Below, piece after piece: positions 50,434 to 59,135 of a stretch of 64,000 bases of DNA. The first letter of the stretch is position 1. Every line of letters begins with the position of its first letter. The notes beneath the pieces are model-generated. The model did no database searches. It had not been told where the DNA came from and was given only the letters and a program-made list of their open reading frames with translations. A program made the translations under genes and the position numbers. Where the stretch lies: positions 29,655 to 93,654 of the forward strand of contig CAZFVY010000008.1 in assembly GCA_964522665.1 (NCBI GenBank), read 5' to 3'. The DNA comes from an uncultured Verrucomicrobiota bacterium. Lineage in GTDB: Bacteria; Verrucomicrobiota; Verrucomicrobiia; Limisphaerales; CAZFVY01.

Positions 50434-50521
50434 AGGCGGAGCCTATCACCTTGCGTCGATCAGCGTCAATCGCGGCAGGCGTCGTTTCACGGTCAAAATG
50501 GAGCGTTTGCCTCTGCGCGGC

Positions 50522-52654
50522 CTACCCCATCGCCGGAATCGATCCCGCGGACTGCAGGTCGATTCGGGGGGGCAGTTCTTCGTAGGCGAGAAAGGCGAGT
50601 TCGGGGAAATTCGCGGAGAAGAATCGGCGCAGACCGAGGCGGATCACCGCGGAACAGATCAGTACTGGGGGACGGCCTTCGGCGAGCATCGGTTGGACGG
50701 CGCGGGTCAGGTGGTAAGTGATGTGTTGCGCCATCTTGGGGTCGAGGAAAAGCGCGGTTTCATTCGGCGTTTGCCGGATGCCTTTCGCGATTTCTTCCTC
50801 GAGCCACGGGTCGATCGTGATCGATTGCAAGGCGCCCAATTCGTTCTGGTAATTCTTGACGATCTGCGGACCGAGGGCGCGGCGCGCCTGCTCAGCCAAC
50901 TCGTCGGGATTCTTGGTGACCGCGGCCGAGTCCGCGACTTTTTCGAGGATGCCGACCAGGTTGCGGATCGATACGCCCTCACTGAGGAGGTTTTGCAGGA
51001 TGCGCTGAATCTGTCCGGTGTTCAGCAGCGCCGGCACCAATTCGTTGACGAGCGCCGGGTGATTGGTCTTGAGGTTTTCGAGGAGCACTTGGACGTCCTG
51101 ACGGCTGAGCACCTGATTGCAGCAGCGTTTGATCGTTTCGCTGAGATGCGTCACGAGGACCGAGGCGGCATCGACGATGGTAAAACCAGCGATTTCCGCG
51201 TTCTTTCGCTCGACTTCGTTGATCCAGGTGGCCGGAAGTTGGAACACCGGCTCGGTCGTGGGAATACCGTGGAGCACGACTTTGCTGTTGCCGGTGTTCA
51301 TCGCGAGCAGATAGCCCGGCTTCACTTCCCCGCGGGCGATCATGTGACCGCGCAGGAGGAATCGATATTCGTTGGAACCTAACTGCAAGTTATCGCGCAA
51401 CCGAATCGGCGGAATGACGAAGCCCATTTCCTGGACGAAATTGCGCCGCACGCCGGTGACCCGCTCGAGCAAGTCGCCGCCCTTGCGTGAATCCGCGAGC
51501 GAGACCAACCCGTAGCCCAATTCGATCTGAAGGGTATCGACGTTGAGCAGAGCCTCGAGCTTCTCCGGCTGAGCGGGACGCGCGCCCGCGTCGGCCGGTT
51601 TGGCTCCCGCCGCGTCTCCGGCCGCGGCTCCGGCCCCCGCCGCCGCGGGACCAAAATCCATCGGCGCCGTCGGGTTGGTCGCCAGCCCGCTGCGCTTCAG
51701 GAAGTAGTACATCACGTAAAAAACGCCCGACAACGTGACGAACGGCAGGAACGGCAGCCCGGGCGCCAAGCCAAGGACCAACATCGAAGCCGAGAGAATC
51801 GCCAGCACGCGCGGATAGAAAAACAACTGTTTGGTCAGGCTGAAGCCGAGGTTTTCCTTCGCGGCCGCGCGCGTCACCAGGATACCGGCGGCGGTCGAAG
51901 TGATCAGCGCCGGGACTTGCGAGACCAGACCGTCACCGATGGAGAGGATCGTGTAGCGTTGGAGCGCGTCCACTAGCGGCATCCCCTTTTGCAATACCCC
52001 GATGCCGAAACCACCCAAGACGTTGATCATCGTGATCAGGATCGCGGCGACGGCGTCCCCGCGGACGAATTTGCTGGCGCCGTCCATCGCTCCGTAAAAA
52101 TCGGCTTCCTGCTGCACCGCCATGCGGCGGGCGCGGGCGACATCTTCCTTGATCAGGCCGGCGTTGAGTTCGGCGTCGATGGACATCTGCTTACCGGGCA
52201 ACGCGTCCAACGTAAACCGAGCGGCGACTTCCGCGATACGGCCCGCGCCCTTCGTAATGACGATGAAGTTAATGACCGTCAGGATGAGGAAGACGACGGC
52301 GCCCACGACGTAATTGCCGCCCACGACGTAATTGCCGAAGGCGTTAATGACCTGGCCGGCATAACCGTTGAGGAGAATCAGTCGCGTCGAGGCGACGTTC
52401 AACCCCAGACGAAACAGCGTTATCACCAGCAGCAAGGTCGGAAATCCGCTGAACGCGGAGGCCTCCTTCAGGTACAGAATGACCAACAGAATCAGCATCG
52501 ACAACGCGATGCTCAAGCTCAAGAGGAGGTCCAGCAGGAACGCGGGCACCGGCTGGATCAGCAACAGCAAGGTGCCGAACAGGAAGACGACCAATCCCAG
52601 ATCGCCGTAACTCCAGAATTTCTTGACTGGAGCGCTGAGGGAGGCCGAACTCAT
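50522..52654 (-). CDS. flhA: flagellar type III export gate protein FlhA
   Basis: 710 aa; TM domain with FPTLLLVITLFRLGLNVASTRLIL and GNYVVG, plus a cytoplasmic FlhA_C domain. Confidence 0.95.
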   Translation of the reverse strand: MSSASLSAPVKKFWSYGDLGLVVFLFGTLLLLIQPVPAFLLDLLLSLSIALSMLILLVILYLKEASAFSGFPTLLLVITLFRLGLNVASTRLILLNGYAGQVINAFGNYVVGGNYVVGAVVFLILTVINFIVITKGAGRIAEVAARFTLDALPGKQMSIDAELNAGLIKEDVARARRMAVQQEADFYGAMDGASKFVRGDAVAAILITMINVLGGFGIGVLQKGMPLVDALQRYTILSIGDGLVSQVPALITSTAAGILVTRAAAKENLGFSLTKQLFFYPRVLAILSASMLVLGLAPGLPFLPFVTLSGVFYVMYYFLKRSGLATNPTAPMDFGPAAAGAGAAAGDAAGAKPADAGARPAQPEKLEALLNVDTLQIELGYGLVSLADSRKGGDLLERVTGVRRNFVQEMGFVIPPIRLRDNLQLGSNEYRFLLRGHMIARGEVKPGYLLAMNTGNSKVVLHGIPTTEPVFQLPATWINEVERKNAEIAGFTIVDAASVLVTHLSETIKRCCNQVLSRQDVQVLLENLKTNHPALVNELVPALLNTGQIQRILQNLLSEGVSIRNLVGILEKVADSAAVTKNPDELAEQARRALGPQIVKNYQNELGALQSITIDPWLEEEIAKGIRQTPNETALFLDPKMAQHITYHLTRAVQPMLAEGRPPVLICSAVIRLGLRRFFSANFPELAFLAYEELPPRIDLQSAGSIPAMG

Positions 52655-53736
52655 GGCGTCACCTTCTGCCCTTCAACGTAATACCGGAACCGGTTGACGC
52701 GATAAACATACGCCAGCACTTCGGCCACCGCCGTGTACATCGCCGCCGGGATTTCCTGCCCCACTTTGCAGTGCTTGAACAAGAACTGCGCGAGCGGTTT
52801 GTTTTCCACAATCGGAATCTTGTATTCTCCGGCCAACTCGCGCAAGCGCAACGCATTCAAACGGGCGCCTTTCGCCACGATGCGCGGCGCTTTCATGGTT
52901 TTGCGGTCATAACGCAGGACGATCGCCAAGTGCGTCGGGTTGGTTATGACCACATCGGCCTTCGGAACTTCCTGCGTCCATTTCTGGCGCAGGATGGCCA
53001 TGCGCCGCTTGCGAATTTCACCTTTGACCAGCGGGTTGCCTTCCGTGCTGCGCGACTCTTCCTTGACTTCCTCCTTGCTCATCATCAGGTCCTGCTGGTT
53101 CTTCCAAAATTTGTAGGCGTAGTCGGCGCCGGCGACGAAGATCATGCCGACGAGCACCCGGGTGCAAATCGACTCCACGGTCGTCACCATGAACTGCACC
53201 ACCTGGCTGAAGTCGGTGGCCGAGTAAAAAATCGGATGGTTCAACAAACCGCGGATGACCGAATAGGTAAAAGCGAAAATTACCAGGAATTTCATGAGCG
53301 AAATTCCCAGGCGGACGATCGAGGGCAGCGGGGCGAAGAATTTCTGGGCGTTCGCCACCGGGTTCAATCGATCCAGATTGAAGCCGATCACGCTGGTCGT
53401 CAGATGAAAACGGCTTTGCAGGCCGCCCGCGATGATGCCAGCAATCGGCACCGCGACGAGCAACGGGAAGACGCACGCGCCCAGCCAGCCGATAAAGACC
53501 GCAAAATACATTTCGACCGAGGTGGTCGAAACGGTCAGGCGGCCCAATTCACCCAGGATTTGTATCATCGAGCCGCTTAAAGTCTGCGAGATCGTGTGGG
53601 CCTGCGAGCTAAGCGTCATCAACCCCGCCCCCAGCACGCAAACCGTCTGGATTTCGGGGCTGCGGGCAAACTGACCTTTGCCCATCGCCTCCCCGGCGCG
53701 CTTCGATGTCGGTTTTTCTGTCTTCTCGCCGTCCAT
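52651..53736 (-). CDS. flhB: flagellar export protein FlhB
   Basis: MDGEKTEKPTSKRAGEAMGKGQFARSPE and the NPTH autocleavage site (VVITNPTHLAIVL). Confidence 0.95.
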   Translation of the reverse strand: MDGEKTEKPTSKRAGEAMGKGQFARSPEIQTVCVLGAGLMTLSSQAHTISQTLSGSMIQILGELGRLTVSTTSVEMYFAVFIGWLGACVFPLLVAVPIAGIIAGGLQSRFHLTTSVIGFNLDRLNPVANAQKFFAPLPSIVRLGISLMKFLVIFAFTYSVIRGLLNHPIFYSATDFSQVVQFMVTTVESICTRVLVGMIFVAGADYAYKFWKNQQDLMMSKEEVKEESRSTEGNPLVKGEIRKRRMAILRQKWTQEVPKADVVITNPTHLAIVLRYDRKTMKAPRIVAKGARLNALRLRELAGEYKIPIVENKPLAQFLFKHCKVGQEIPAAMYTAVAEVLAYVYRVNRFRYYVEGQKVTP

Positions 53737-53740
53737 GCCG

Positions 53741-54505
53741 TTAACTTCCGCTCAGCAACTTGGCCACGTTCAATAGGTCGCCAGGGAGCTGGCGAAGTTG
53801 GTCGGCGATGCGCTCGGCCGCCAAGGTCAGGCTAAAGCCAAACAACCCCAATCCCACGATGATCCGGATCGTGAAGCTTTCGGCAAAAATGTTCATTTGT
53901 GGCACGGCTCGCCCGAGCATCAGCAATACAATACTGACCAAAAAACCAACCGCCATCAAGGGAGCAGCAATTTCCACGCCGAGCAGCAGAATCTTGCTCA
54001 CCCGCACCGTTAAATCGTGCAGCAACGCGTCGCTCAAAACCGCCTTCCCGATCGGCAGCACATCATACGTATGCTGGAAGGCCGCGAGGATTTGCAGATG
54101 GATGTCGAGCGAAAGGAAGAGCATCATAGCCAACAAGTTAAGAATCGCGGCCGGGACCTCGACCGGCACCGAATCGGTCGGGGTCAAGAGCGTGGACATT
54201 TGCAGTCCGATTTCCGTCGAGATGAAGTGCCCGGCCACTTGAATGCTCCAAAATAAAAGTCTCCCCACCGAGCCGAGGAAGTAACCGACCGTCCCCTCCT
54301 TCAGGACAAGAATTACCAATTCACTCAATTGCAACCGGGAAAGATCGACCGGATCGCCCAGGGTCGCGGAGACGAACAACGCGAGCAACGCTCCGACGAC
54401 GATTCGGAGGCGCGTCGGCATATTCGTCGCCGAAAAGACGGGTAGCGCCGCGAGGAAGGCGCTCGCGCGCACGAACACCAGCATCCAGTTCAGGAAAGCG
54501 AGCAC
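53741..54505 (-). CDS. fliR: flagellar export protein FliR
   Basis: 254-aa polytopic membrane protein in the position between fliQ and flhB, with a FliR-like pattern. Confidence 0.85.
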   Translation of the reverse strand: MLAFLNWMLVFVRASAFLAALPVFSATNMPTRLRIVVGALLALFVSATLGDPVDLSRLQLSELVILVLKEGTVGYFLGSVGRLLFWSIQVAGHFISTEIGLQMSTLLTPTDSVPVEVPAAILNLLAMMLFLSLDIHLQILAAFQHTYDVLPIGKAVLSDALLHDLTVRVSKILLLGVEIAAPLMAVGFLVSIVLLMLGRAVPQMNIFAESFTIRIIVGLGLFGFSLTLAAERIADQLRQLPGDLLNVAKLLSGS

Positions 54506-54546
54506 GAGCCGAGGTCTTCAGGTTTGACGCCGCCAGGCGTCGGTGA

Positions 54547-54816
54547 TTAGTGCACCATTAAGGGCATGCGATTGACCATTTCGACCGTGAAGTCGAGCAG
54601 CGAACGCAGCAGCCACGGCAGCGCGATGAACAAGACGCCGACGACCGCCAGCGCTTTTGGCACGAACGTCATCGTCTGCTCCTGGAGCGACGTCACCGCC
54701 TGAAACAAGCTCACTAGGATACCGACGATCATCGCCGTCATGAGAAACGGCGCGGCCAGAATGATGGCCTCCGTCATCATTTTCTTGAGAACTTCGATCG
54801 CGTAATCGGGCGTCAT
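54547..54816 (-). CDS. fliQ: flagellar export protein FliQ
   Basis: 89 aa with the typical FliQ sequence MTPDYAIEVLKKMMTEAIILAAPFL...QEQTMTFVPK. Confidence 0.95.
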   Translation of the reverse strand: MTPDYAIEVLKKMMTEAIILAAPFLMTAMIVGILVSLFQAVTSLQEQTMTFVPKALAVVGVLFIALPWLLRSLLDFTVEMVNRMPLMVH

Positions 54817-54818
54817 GG

Positions 54819-55691
54819 TCAGAATCCAAAACTCACGGCCAGGGAATGCACGATCAGCGACCAGCCATCCACCAGAACAAACAGGAGGATTTTGATCGGC
54901 ATGGAAATCGTCGCCGGTGGCAGGAAGAGCAGACCCAAGCTCATCAGCACGATTGCGACCACGAAATCGACGAGGATGAACGGGATGAAGAGCAAGAAGC
55001 CCATCTGAAACCCGGTGCGCATTTCACTGAGCACGAACCCCGGGATGACGACCTGCAGCGGGAGTTTATCCGCCGTCGTCGGGGCGAGCCGCGCTAGGCC
55101 GACGAAGAATTCGACGTCCTTCGGCCGCGCCTGCCGCAGCATGAATTCCCGCATGTGGCCCGTGGCCCGCTCGAGCGCGACTTGGCTCGTGATTGTTCCC
55201 GCCGAATACGGTTGCAGCGCGTCCGCGTTGATCTTGTCGTACGTGGGCGCCATGATGAAGAAAGTCAGGAAGAGGGAAAACCCGATCATCAACTGACTCG
55301 CCGGCGAACCTTGCAGGGAGAGCGCGGTGCGCAGAAACGAAAAGACAATCACGATTCGCGTGAAGCAGGTCATCATCATCACCAGTGACGGGGCCACCGT
55401 CAGCAGCGTCATGATGAACAGGACACGAATCGCAATATCGATGTCCTTCGGCTGATTGGGCAGCTTAAAGCCGAAGCTTAAATCAGTTCCCGTGATGCTA
55501 TTGGTGCCGGCCTGCGCCCACGCCGAGACCCCGCCGGCCAGCAGGCAACCGAGGACGATCAAGCTCAACCGGAACCATCGGCCCCGCAAAACGGCGGGCA
55601 GAGCGCGCGGCCACACTTGAACGCGGGCCGATGATTCGCCGGAACCGGGACCGTTGTCGAACGCGGTGGAATTTGCCAACGCCACGCTCAT
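54819..55691 (-). CDS. fliP: flagellar export protein FliP
   Basis: Conserved FliP core (TSFTRIVIV-like TCFTRIVIVFSFLRTALSLQ, PNQ..IGFSLFLTFFIMAP). The ATG at 55691 overlaps the fliO stop (ATGA). The track ORF's extension to 55952 overlaps fliO. Confidence 0.9.
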   Translation of the reverse strand: MSVALANSTAFDNGPGSGESSARVQVWPRALPAVLRGRWFRLSLIVLGCLLAGGVSAWAQAGTNSITGTDLSFGFKLPNQPKDIDIAIRVLFIMTLLTVAPSLVMMMTCFTRIVIVFSFLRTALSLQGSPASQLMIGFSLFLTFFIMAPTYDKINADALQPYSAGTITSQVALERATGHMREFMLRQARPKDVEFFVGLARLAPTTADKLPLQVVIPGFVLSEMRTGFQMGFLLFIPFILVDFVVAIVLMSLGLLFLPPATISMPIKILLFVLVDGWSLIVHSLAVSFGF

Positions 55692-56137
55692 GCCTTCGGC
55701 CCTTTCTGGAGCGTGGCGTCCAGCTTCTCGGCAAAGGTCGGGCCTCCGCTCGGCGCTGAACCTTCCGGCTCGTCGGGCAAGGGACATAAAAGATTGATCC
55801 CCGTGGCTGAAACGGCGACGAGAAAACGGTGATGCATGTATGCGACGACGATCAGATTGTTGCGCTGGCCCATCGGCTTGCTCTCCAGAATGCGCAATTG
55901 GGCCGGACCAGCTTGATAGAGTGGAAACCAGCGCGACTTTTTGAATGCCCAAGCCCCACCCAGCAGCAGCGCCGTGACCAGCATCAGCGCGCCGATGACC
56001 CGAAGAAACATCTCGATCGAGCCAGTCGAGGAATCGCCGAACGACGGAACGTTTGTGAGGCTACTGGCCGACTGTGCGGCGAAAGCCGGCGCGCTGAGCA
56101 GCAGCCACGCCAGACCGAGGCGCCGATGCATCTTCAT
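55688..56137 (-). CDS. fliO: flagellar protein FliO/FliZ
   Basis: Signal-like N-terminus, a single TM (FLRVIGALMLVTALLLGGAWAF) and LRILESKPMGQRNNLIVVAY...LVAVSATGINLL. Its position is between fliN and fliP. Confidence 0.6.
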   Translation of the reverse strand: MKMHRRLGLAWLLLSAPAFAAQSASSLTNVPSFGDSSTGSIEMFLRVIGALMLVTALLLGGAWAFKKSRWFPLYQAGPAQLRILESKPMGQRNNLIVVAYMHHRFLVAVSATGINLLCPLPDEPEGSAPSGGPTFAEKLDATLQKGPKA

Positions 56138-56403
56138 GGCCCGGTCGGTTTGCCTAGGATTTCGGTAATCTTAATGCCAAAATTGTCTTCGACGACCACG
56201 ACCTCGCCCCGCGCGACCAGTTTCTGGTTCACGTACAGATCGACCGAGGCGTTCGCCGATTTATCCAATTGCACGACGGAGCCGATGTTCAGCGCCAGCA
56301 AGTCGCGCATCGTGATCTGCGAACTGCCCAACTCGACGGTGAGCTTGATCGGCACATCGAGGAGGAACTCCAACGTTGACGGGTTTTCAATCGCAGTAGT
56401 CAT
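56134..56403 (-). CDS. fliN: flagellar motor switch protein FliN (SpoA domain only)
   Basis: LLDVPIKLTVELGSSQITMRDLLALNIGSVVQLDKSANASVDLYVNQKLVARGEVVVVEDNFGIKITEI. Confidence 0.9.
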   Translation of the reverse strand: MTTAIENPSTLEFLLDVPIKLTVELGSSQITMRDLLALNIGSVVQLDKSANASVDLYVNQKLVARGEVVVVEDNFGIKITEILGKPTGP

Positions 56404-56406
56404 ATC

Positions 56407-57399
56407 TTATCGCAACCCTTCCGAGGTCAGAATTTTGGTGATTTCGATCGCGCACTTGGGTCCGGCGCTGCCGTAGCGGCCGACGTATTTCGGCACCGCC
56501 GCCAGGCGAACCTCCACCTGATTCAGCAGGTTCGTCTTGACCGGGATGATGTCTCCTTTTTTCAAATTGATCAAATCGCGCGTCGAGATTTCCAAGCCGC
56601 GCCATTCGGCGCTGACCGGCAGGCGGATGTCATCGTAGGCCGGATTCCACCGGGGCGTCACCAGTTCCTTGACCGGCTTCTCCTTCTTCATCAAATCCGT
56701 GTCGATCGTCAACTGGCGCACCAGCGGATCAAGCATCTTGATCGGCATGACCATCTGCATCTGCTCGATGCAATCGCCGATGCCAGCCTCCATTTTGAGG
56801 ACGTAAAAAATTTCGTCGGGCGGCCCTATTTGGAGGAAACGCGGGTTGCTCTCCACGCCCAGCAGGCCGGGGCGCAACTCGTCCATGCTCTTCCAGTGCG
56901 TGCACCATTCCTTGATGGCGATCATCGCCACCTGGTTGACCAGCGCGATTTCAACCTCGCGCAAGGGACGGTTCGCGTTGACCGAGAATCCTTTGCCACC
57001 GAGCATGCGATCCGCGATCACCAAGCCGAGCGGTTGGGGCACATCCAAGAAACCGATGCCGCGCAACGGCTCGATCTTGAACATCACCATGTGGCGCGGG
57101 GCTGGGGCGGCGTCGGCGAATTTCGGCAGCGTGGTGGTGTCCACCGAAATCAGTTCCAACGTGAAATCGATGCGGAGAAAAAGCGATAGGCGCGCGCCCA
57201 AGCCGCGAATGGCCCCCTCGTTGTGGGCCTTGAAACGATGCAGATCGGTCGCTGAGAGGGCGGCTGGCTGGCCCAAGCCGAACTTGCGGATACGGCTGGC
57301 CGGAACGTTGGTCTTCGCCCCGCGAAAGGTGAAGATCCCAATAGGGCGGTCAGCCGCCGCCGCTTGGGGGACCGTCGATGGACCAGCGCGAGGAGTCAT
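56407..57399 (-). CDS. fliM: flagellar motor switch protein FliM
   Basis: 330 aa with a FliM middle domain and a C-terminal SpoA-like domain (LNLKKGDIIPV...VEVRLAAVPKYVGRYG). Its position is between fliL and fliN. Confidence 0.85.
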   Translation of the reverse strand: MTPRAGPSTVPQAAAADRPIGIFTFRGAKTNVPASRIRKFGLGQPAALSATDLHRFKAHNEGAIRGLGARLSLFLRIDFTLELISVDTTTLPKFADAAPAPRHMVMFKIEPLRGIGFLDVPQPLGLVIADRMLGGKGFSVNANRPLREVEIALVNQVAMIAIKEWCTHWKSMDELRPGLLGVESNPRFLQIGPPDEIFYVLKMEAGIGDCIEQMQMVMPIKMLDPLVRQLTIDTDLMKKEKPVKELVTPRWNPAYDDIRLPVSAEWRGLEISTRDLINLKKGDIIPVKTNLLNQVEVRLAAVPKYVGRYGSAGPKCAIEITKILTSEGLR

Positions 57400-57407
57400 G
57401 GCGAGAC

Positions 57408-58172
57408 CTATTGGATAAGCATCTCGGTAATGAGCACTTCACCGACCGCTCCTCCGCCTAAGATTTGGTTATATTCGCCGAGCAGTTCCCGGCGCAGCAG
57501 CTCCCGAAACCCGAGCAAATGAAGCTCTTCCATCGATTTGCTCGAGAGCACGCGGCTGGTCGCGTCAAACAACCGGTATTTATTCAAATTCATCCGCTTG
57601 ACCAGATCAGACGTGTTGCTGCCGCGGAGATAAATCTCGGCGACGCAATAACGTTTGCCTTCGGTGCCGGCAATGTTCACCGAGACCTTATCGGCGATCG
57701 CCTCGTCCGTGGTCCCTTCATAGACGATCTTCGCGACCTTGGCCTCACCCTTTTCCGGGTTGCTTTCCTTGCGCATGAAGCAGGTCACGTAACGTCTCGT
57801 CAGCGGGATGGCCAAGCCATCGCAGACCGACTCGCTGAACGTCGATTTGCCCTCGGACTTCCCTTCGGATTTGCCTTCCGATTTACCCTCGGACTTGCCC
57901 TCCGCTTTGCCCTCGGCGGCTGGCTCAGCCTTTTCGCTCGATTCGGCGGGCTTCTCCTTCGCCGCCTCCGTCGCCTCGGTCTTTTTAGCGACGGCGGCGG
58001 TCTTGGGCGCACTGCCCAAACGGGGCAGGATCAGCTTGAACGTCACCCACGCCAAGACCGGCATGAGGACGATCGTCGCGACGAGCGGGATGAAGGCGGG
58101 CAGGCCGCGGCCCCCGCCGCCTTCGGCTTCGCCCGTCGGCGCGACTGCTGGTTGTGGATTTTCCGCGGCCAT
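57408..58172 (-). CDS. fliL: FliL-like basal-body-associated protein with a low-complexity linker
   Basis: N-terminal TM (FIPLVATIVLMPVLAWVTFKLIL), an (EGKS)n linker and a C-terminal FliL-like domain (...YCVAEIYLRG...ELLGEYNQILGGGAVGEVLITEMLIQ). Its position is between flgE and fliM. Confidence 0.65.
   Translation of the reverse strand: MAAENPQPAVAPTGEAEGGGGRGLPAFIPLVATIVLMPVLAWVTFKLILPRLGSAPKTAAVAKKTEATEAAKEKPAESSEKAEPAAEGKAEGKSEGKSEGKSEGKSEGKSTFSESVCDGLAIPLTRRYVTCFMRKESNPEKGEAKVAKIVYEGTTDEAIADKVSVNIAGTEGKRYCVAEIYLRGSNTSDLVKRMNLNKYRLFDATSRVLSSKSMEELHLLGFRELLRRELLGEYNQILGGGAVGEVLITEMLIQ
57846..57917. repeat. 12-bp in-frame tandem repeat inside fliL encoding (E/A)GKS units
   Basis: The plus strand reads ccctcggacttcccttcggatttgccttccgatttaccctcggacttgccctccgctttgccctcggc. 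The protein reads AEGKAEGKSEGKSEGKSEGKSEGKS. Confidence 0.8.
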
Positions 58173-58185
58173 ATCGAAACTGAGA

Positions 58186-59127
58186 TTATCTTACTACGCC
58201 GATGACCTGTTGCAAGACATCATCGCTCGCCGTGACAACTTTCGCATTGGCCTGCAAGGCGCGTTGCGCGGTGATGAGGTTCGTGAACTCGCGGGAAATA
58301 TCGACGTTCGAGATTTCCAAGGAGCCAGACTCGATCTTGCCGAGGCTGTCGCTCTGCGCTGGCGCGCCATTGCTAATCGCGACCGAGGGACCGCCCGCGG
58401 TAAGACCCGAATAAAGGTTATTACCCTCTTTCAAGAGCGCCTGCGGATTATTAAACCGGACCAAGGCGATTTGACCGCGGATGTATTGCGAACCGTCCGT
58501 CAACAACACGTTGATATTACCGCTGGAGTCGATATTGATCGCGGAAATGCCAGCAGTCGCGGAGCTCGGGGGTAAGCCCGGACCATTCGGCGGCGCGGCT
58601 TGCAGCACTGCCGAAGAAGCATTCGACATCAGGATGTCTGAGCTAGCGGAAACAAACTGGCCATTTAGGGTCGGGAACTGCGTGTTACTAGCCTGCGGCG
58701 TAGTCTGGCCTTGGACGCGGTAGCCGAGCGAATTCACCAAATAGCCGTTATCGTCCACGTGGAAATCACCGGCGCGAGTCGCGTAAACCTCCTGGCTGGG
58801 GCTCGCGGTGTTTTTGACGAGGAAGTAGCCATCGCCATTGATTGCCAAGTCGGTGGAGACGCCGGTCTGGTCGATGGCGCCCTGGCTGAAGTCAGTTTCG
58901 ATGCTCGAGACTTGAGCGCCATTACCGACTTGGATCGGCGCGGTGCCCGAAGCGTTCGCGGTGTCGCCCGTGCCCGGTTTGAGGGTCTGAAGCAAGGTAT
59001 CCGAGAAATCAACCCGGCCCGCTTTGTACGAGGTGGTGTTGATGTTCGCCAGGTTGTTGCCGATGGTGTCGAGCGCGACCTGAAATTGCCGAATTCCAGA
59101 GGCGCCTGTTTCGAGTGAACGTTCCAT
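58186..59127 (-). CDS. flgE: flagellar hook protein FlgE (short form, 313 aa)
   Basis: N-terminal LETGASGIRQFQVALDTIGNNLANINTTSYK and C-terminal ISREFTNLITAQRALQANAKVVTASDDVLQQVIGV. Confidence 0.85.
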   Translation of the reverse strand: MERSLETGASGIRQFQVALDTIGNNLANINTTSYKAGRVDFSDTLLQTLKPGTGDTANASGTAPIQVGNGAQVSSIETDFSQGAIDQTGVSTDLAINGDGYFLVKNTASPSQEVYATRAGDFHVDDNGYLVNSLGYRVQGQTTPQASNTQFPTLNGQFVSASSDILMSNASSAVLQAAPPNGPGLPPSSATAGISAINIDSSGNINVLLTDGSQYIRGQIALVRFNNPQALLKEGNNLYSGLTAGGPSVAISNGAPAQSDSLGKIESGSLEISNVDISREFTNLITAQRALQANAKVVTASDDVLQQVIGVVR

Positions 59128-59135
59128 AATTTAAC

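Larger units (their letters stand above)
48743..50521 (-). other. low-GC insert between flhA and flhF carrying a type II restriction-modification pair
   Basis: Hand counts of the 60-nt lines starting at 49081 and 49981 each give 28/60 G+C. The flhA line at 50701 gives 37/60, and flhF lines are visibly higher still. Both genes are co-oriented with the flagellar operon. Confidence 0.6.
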
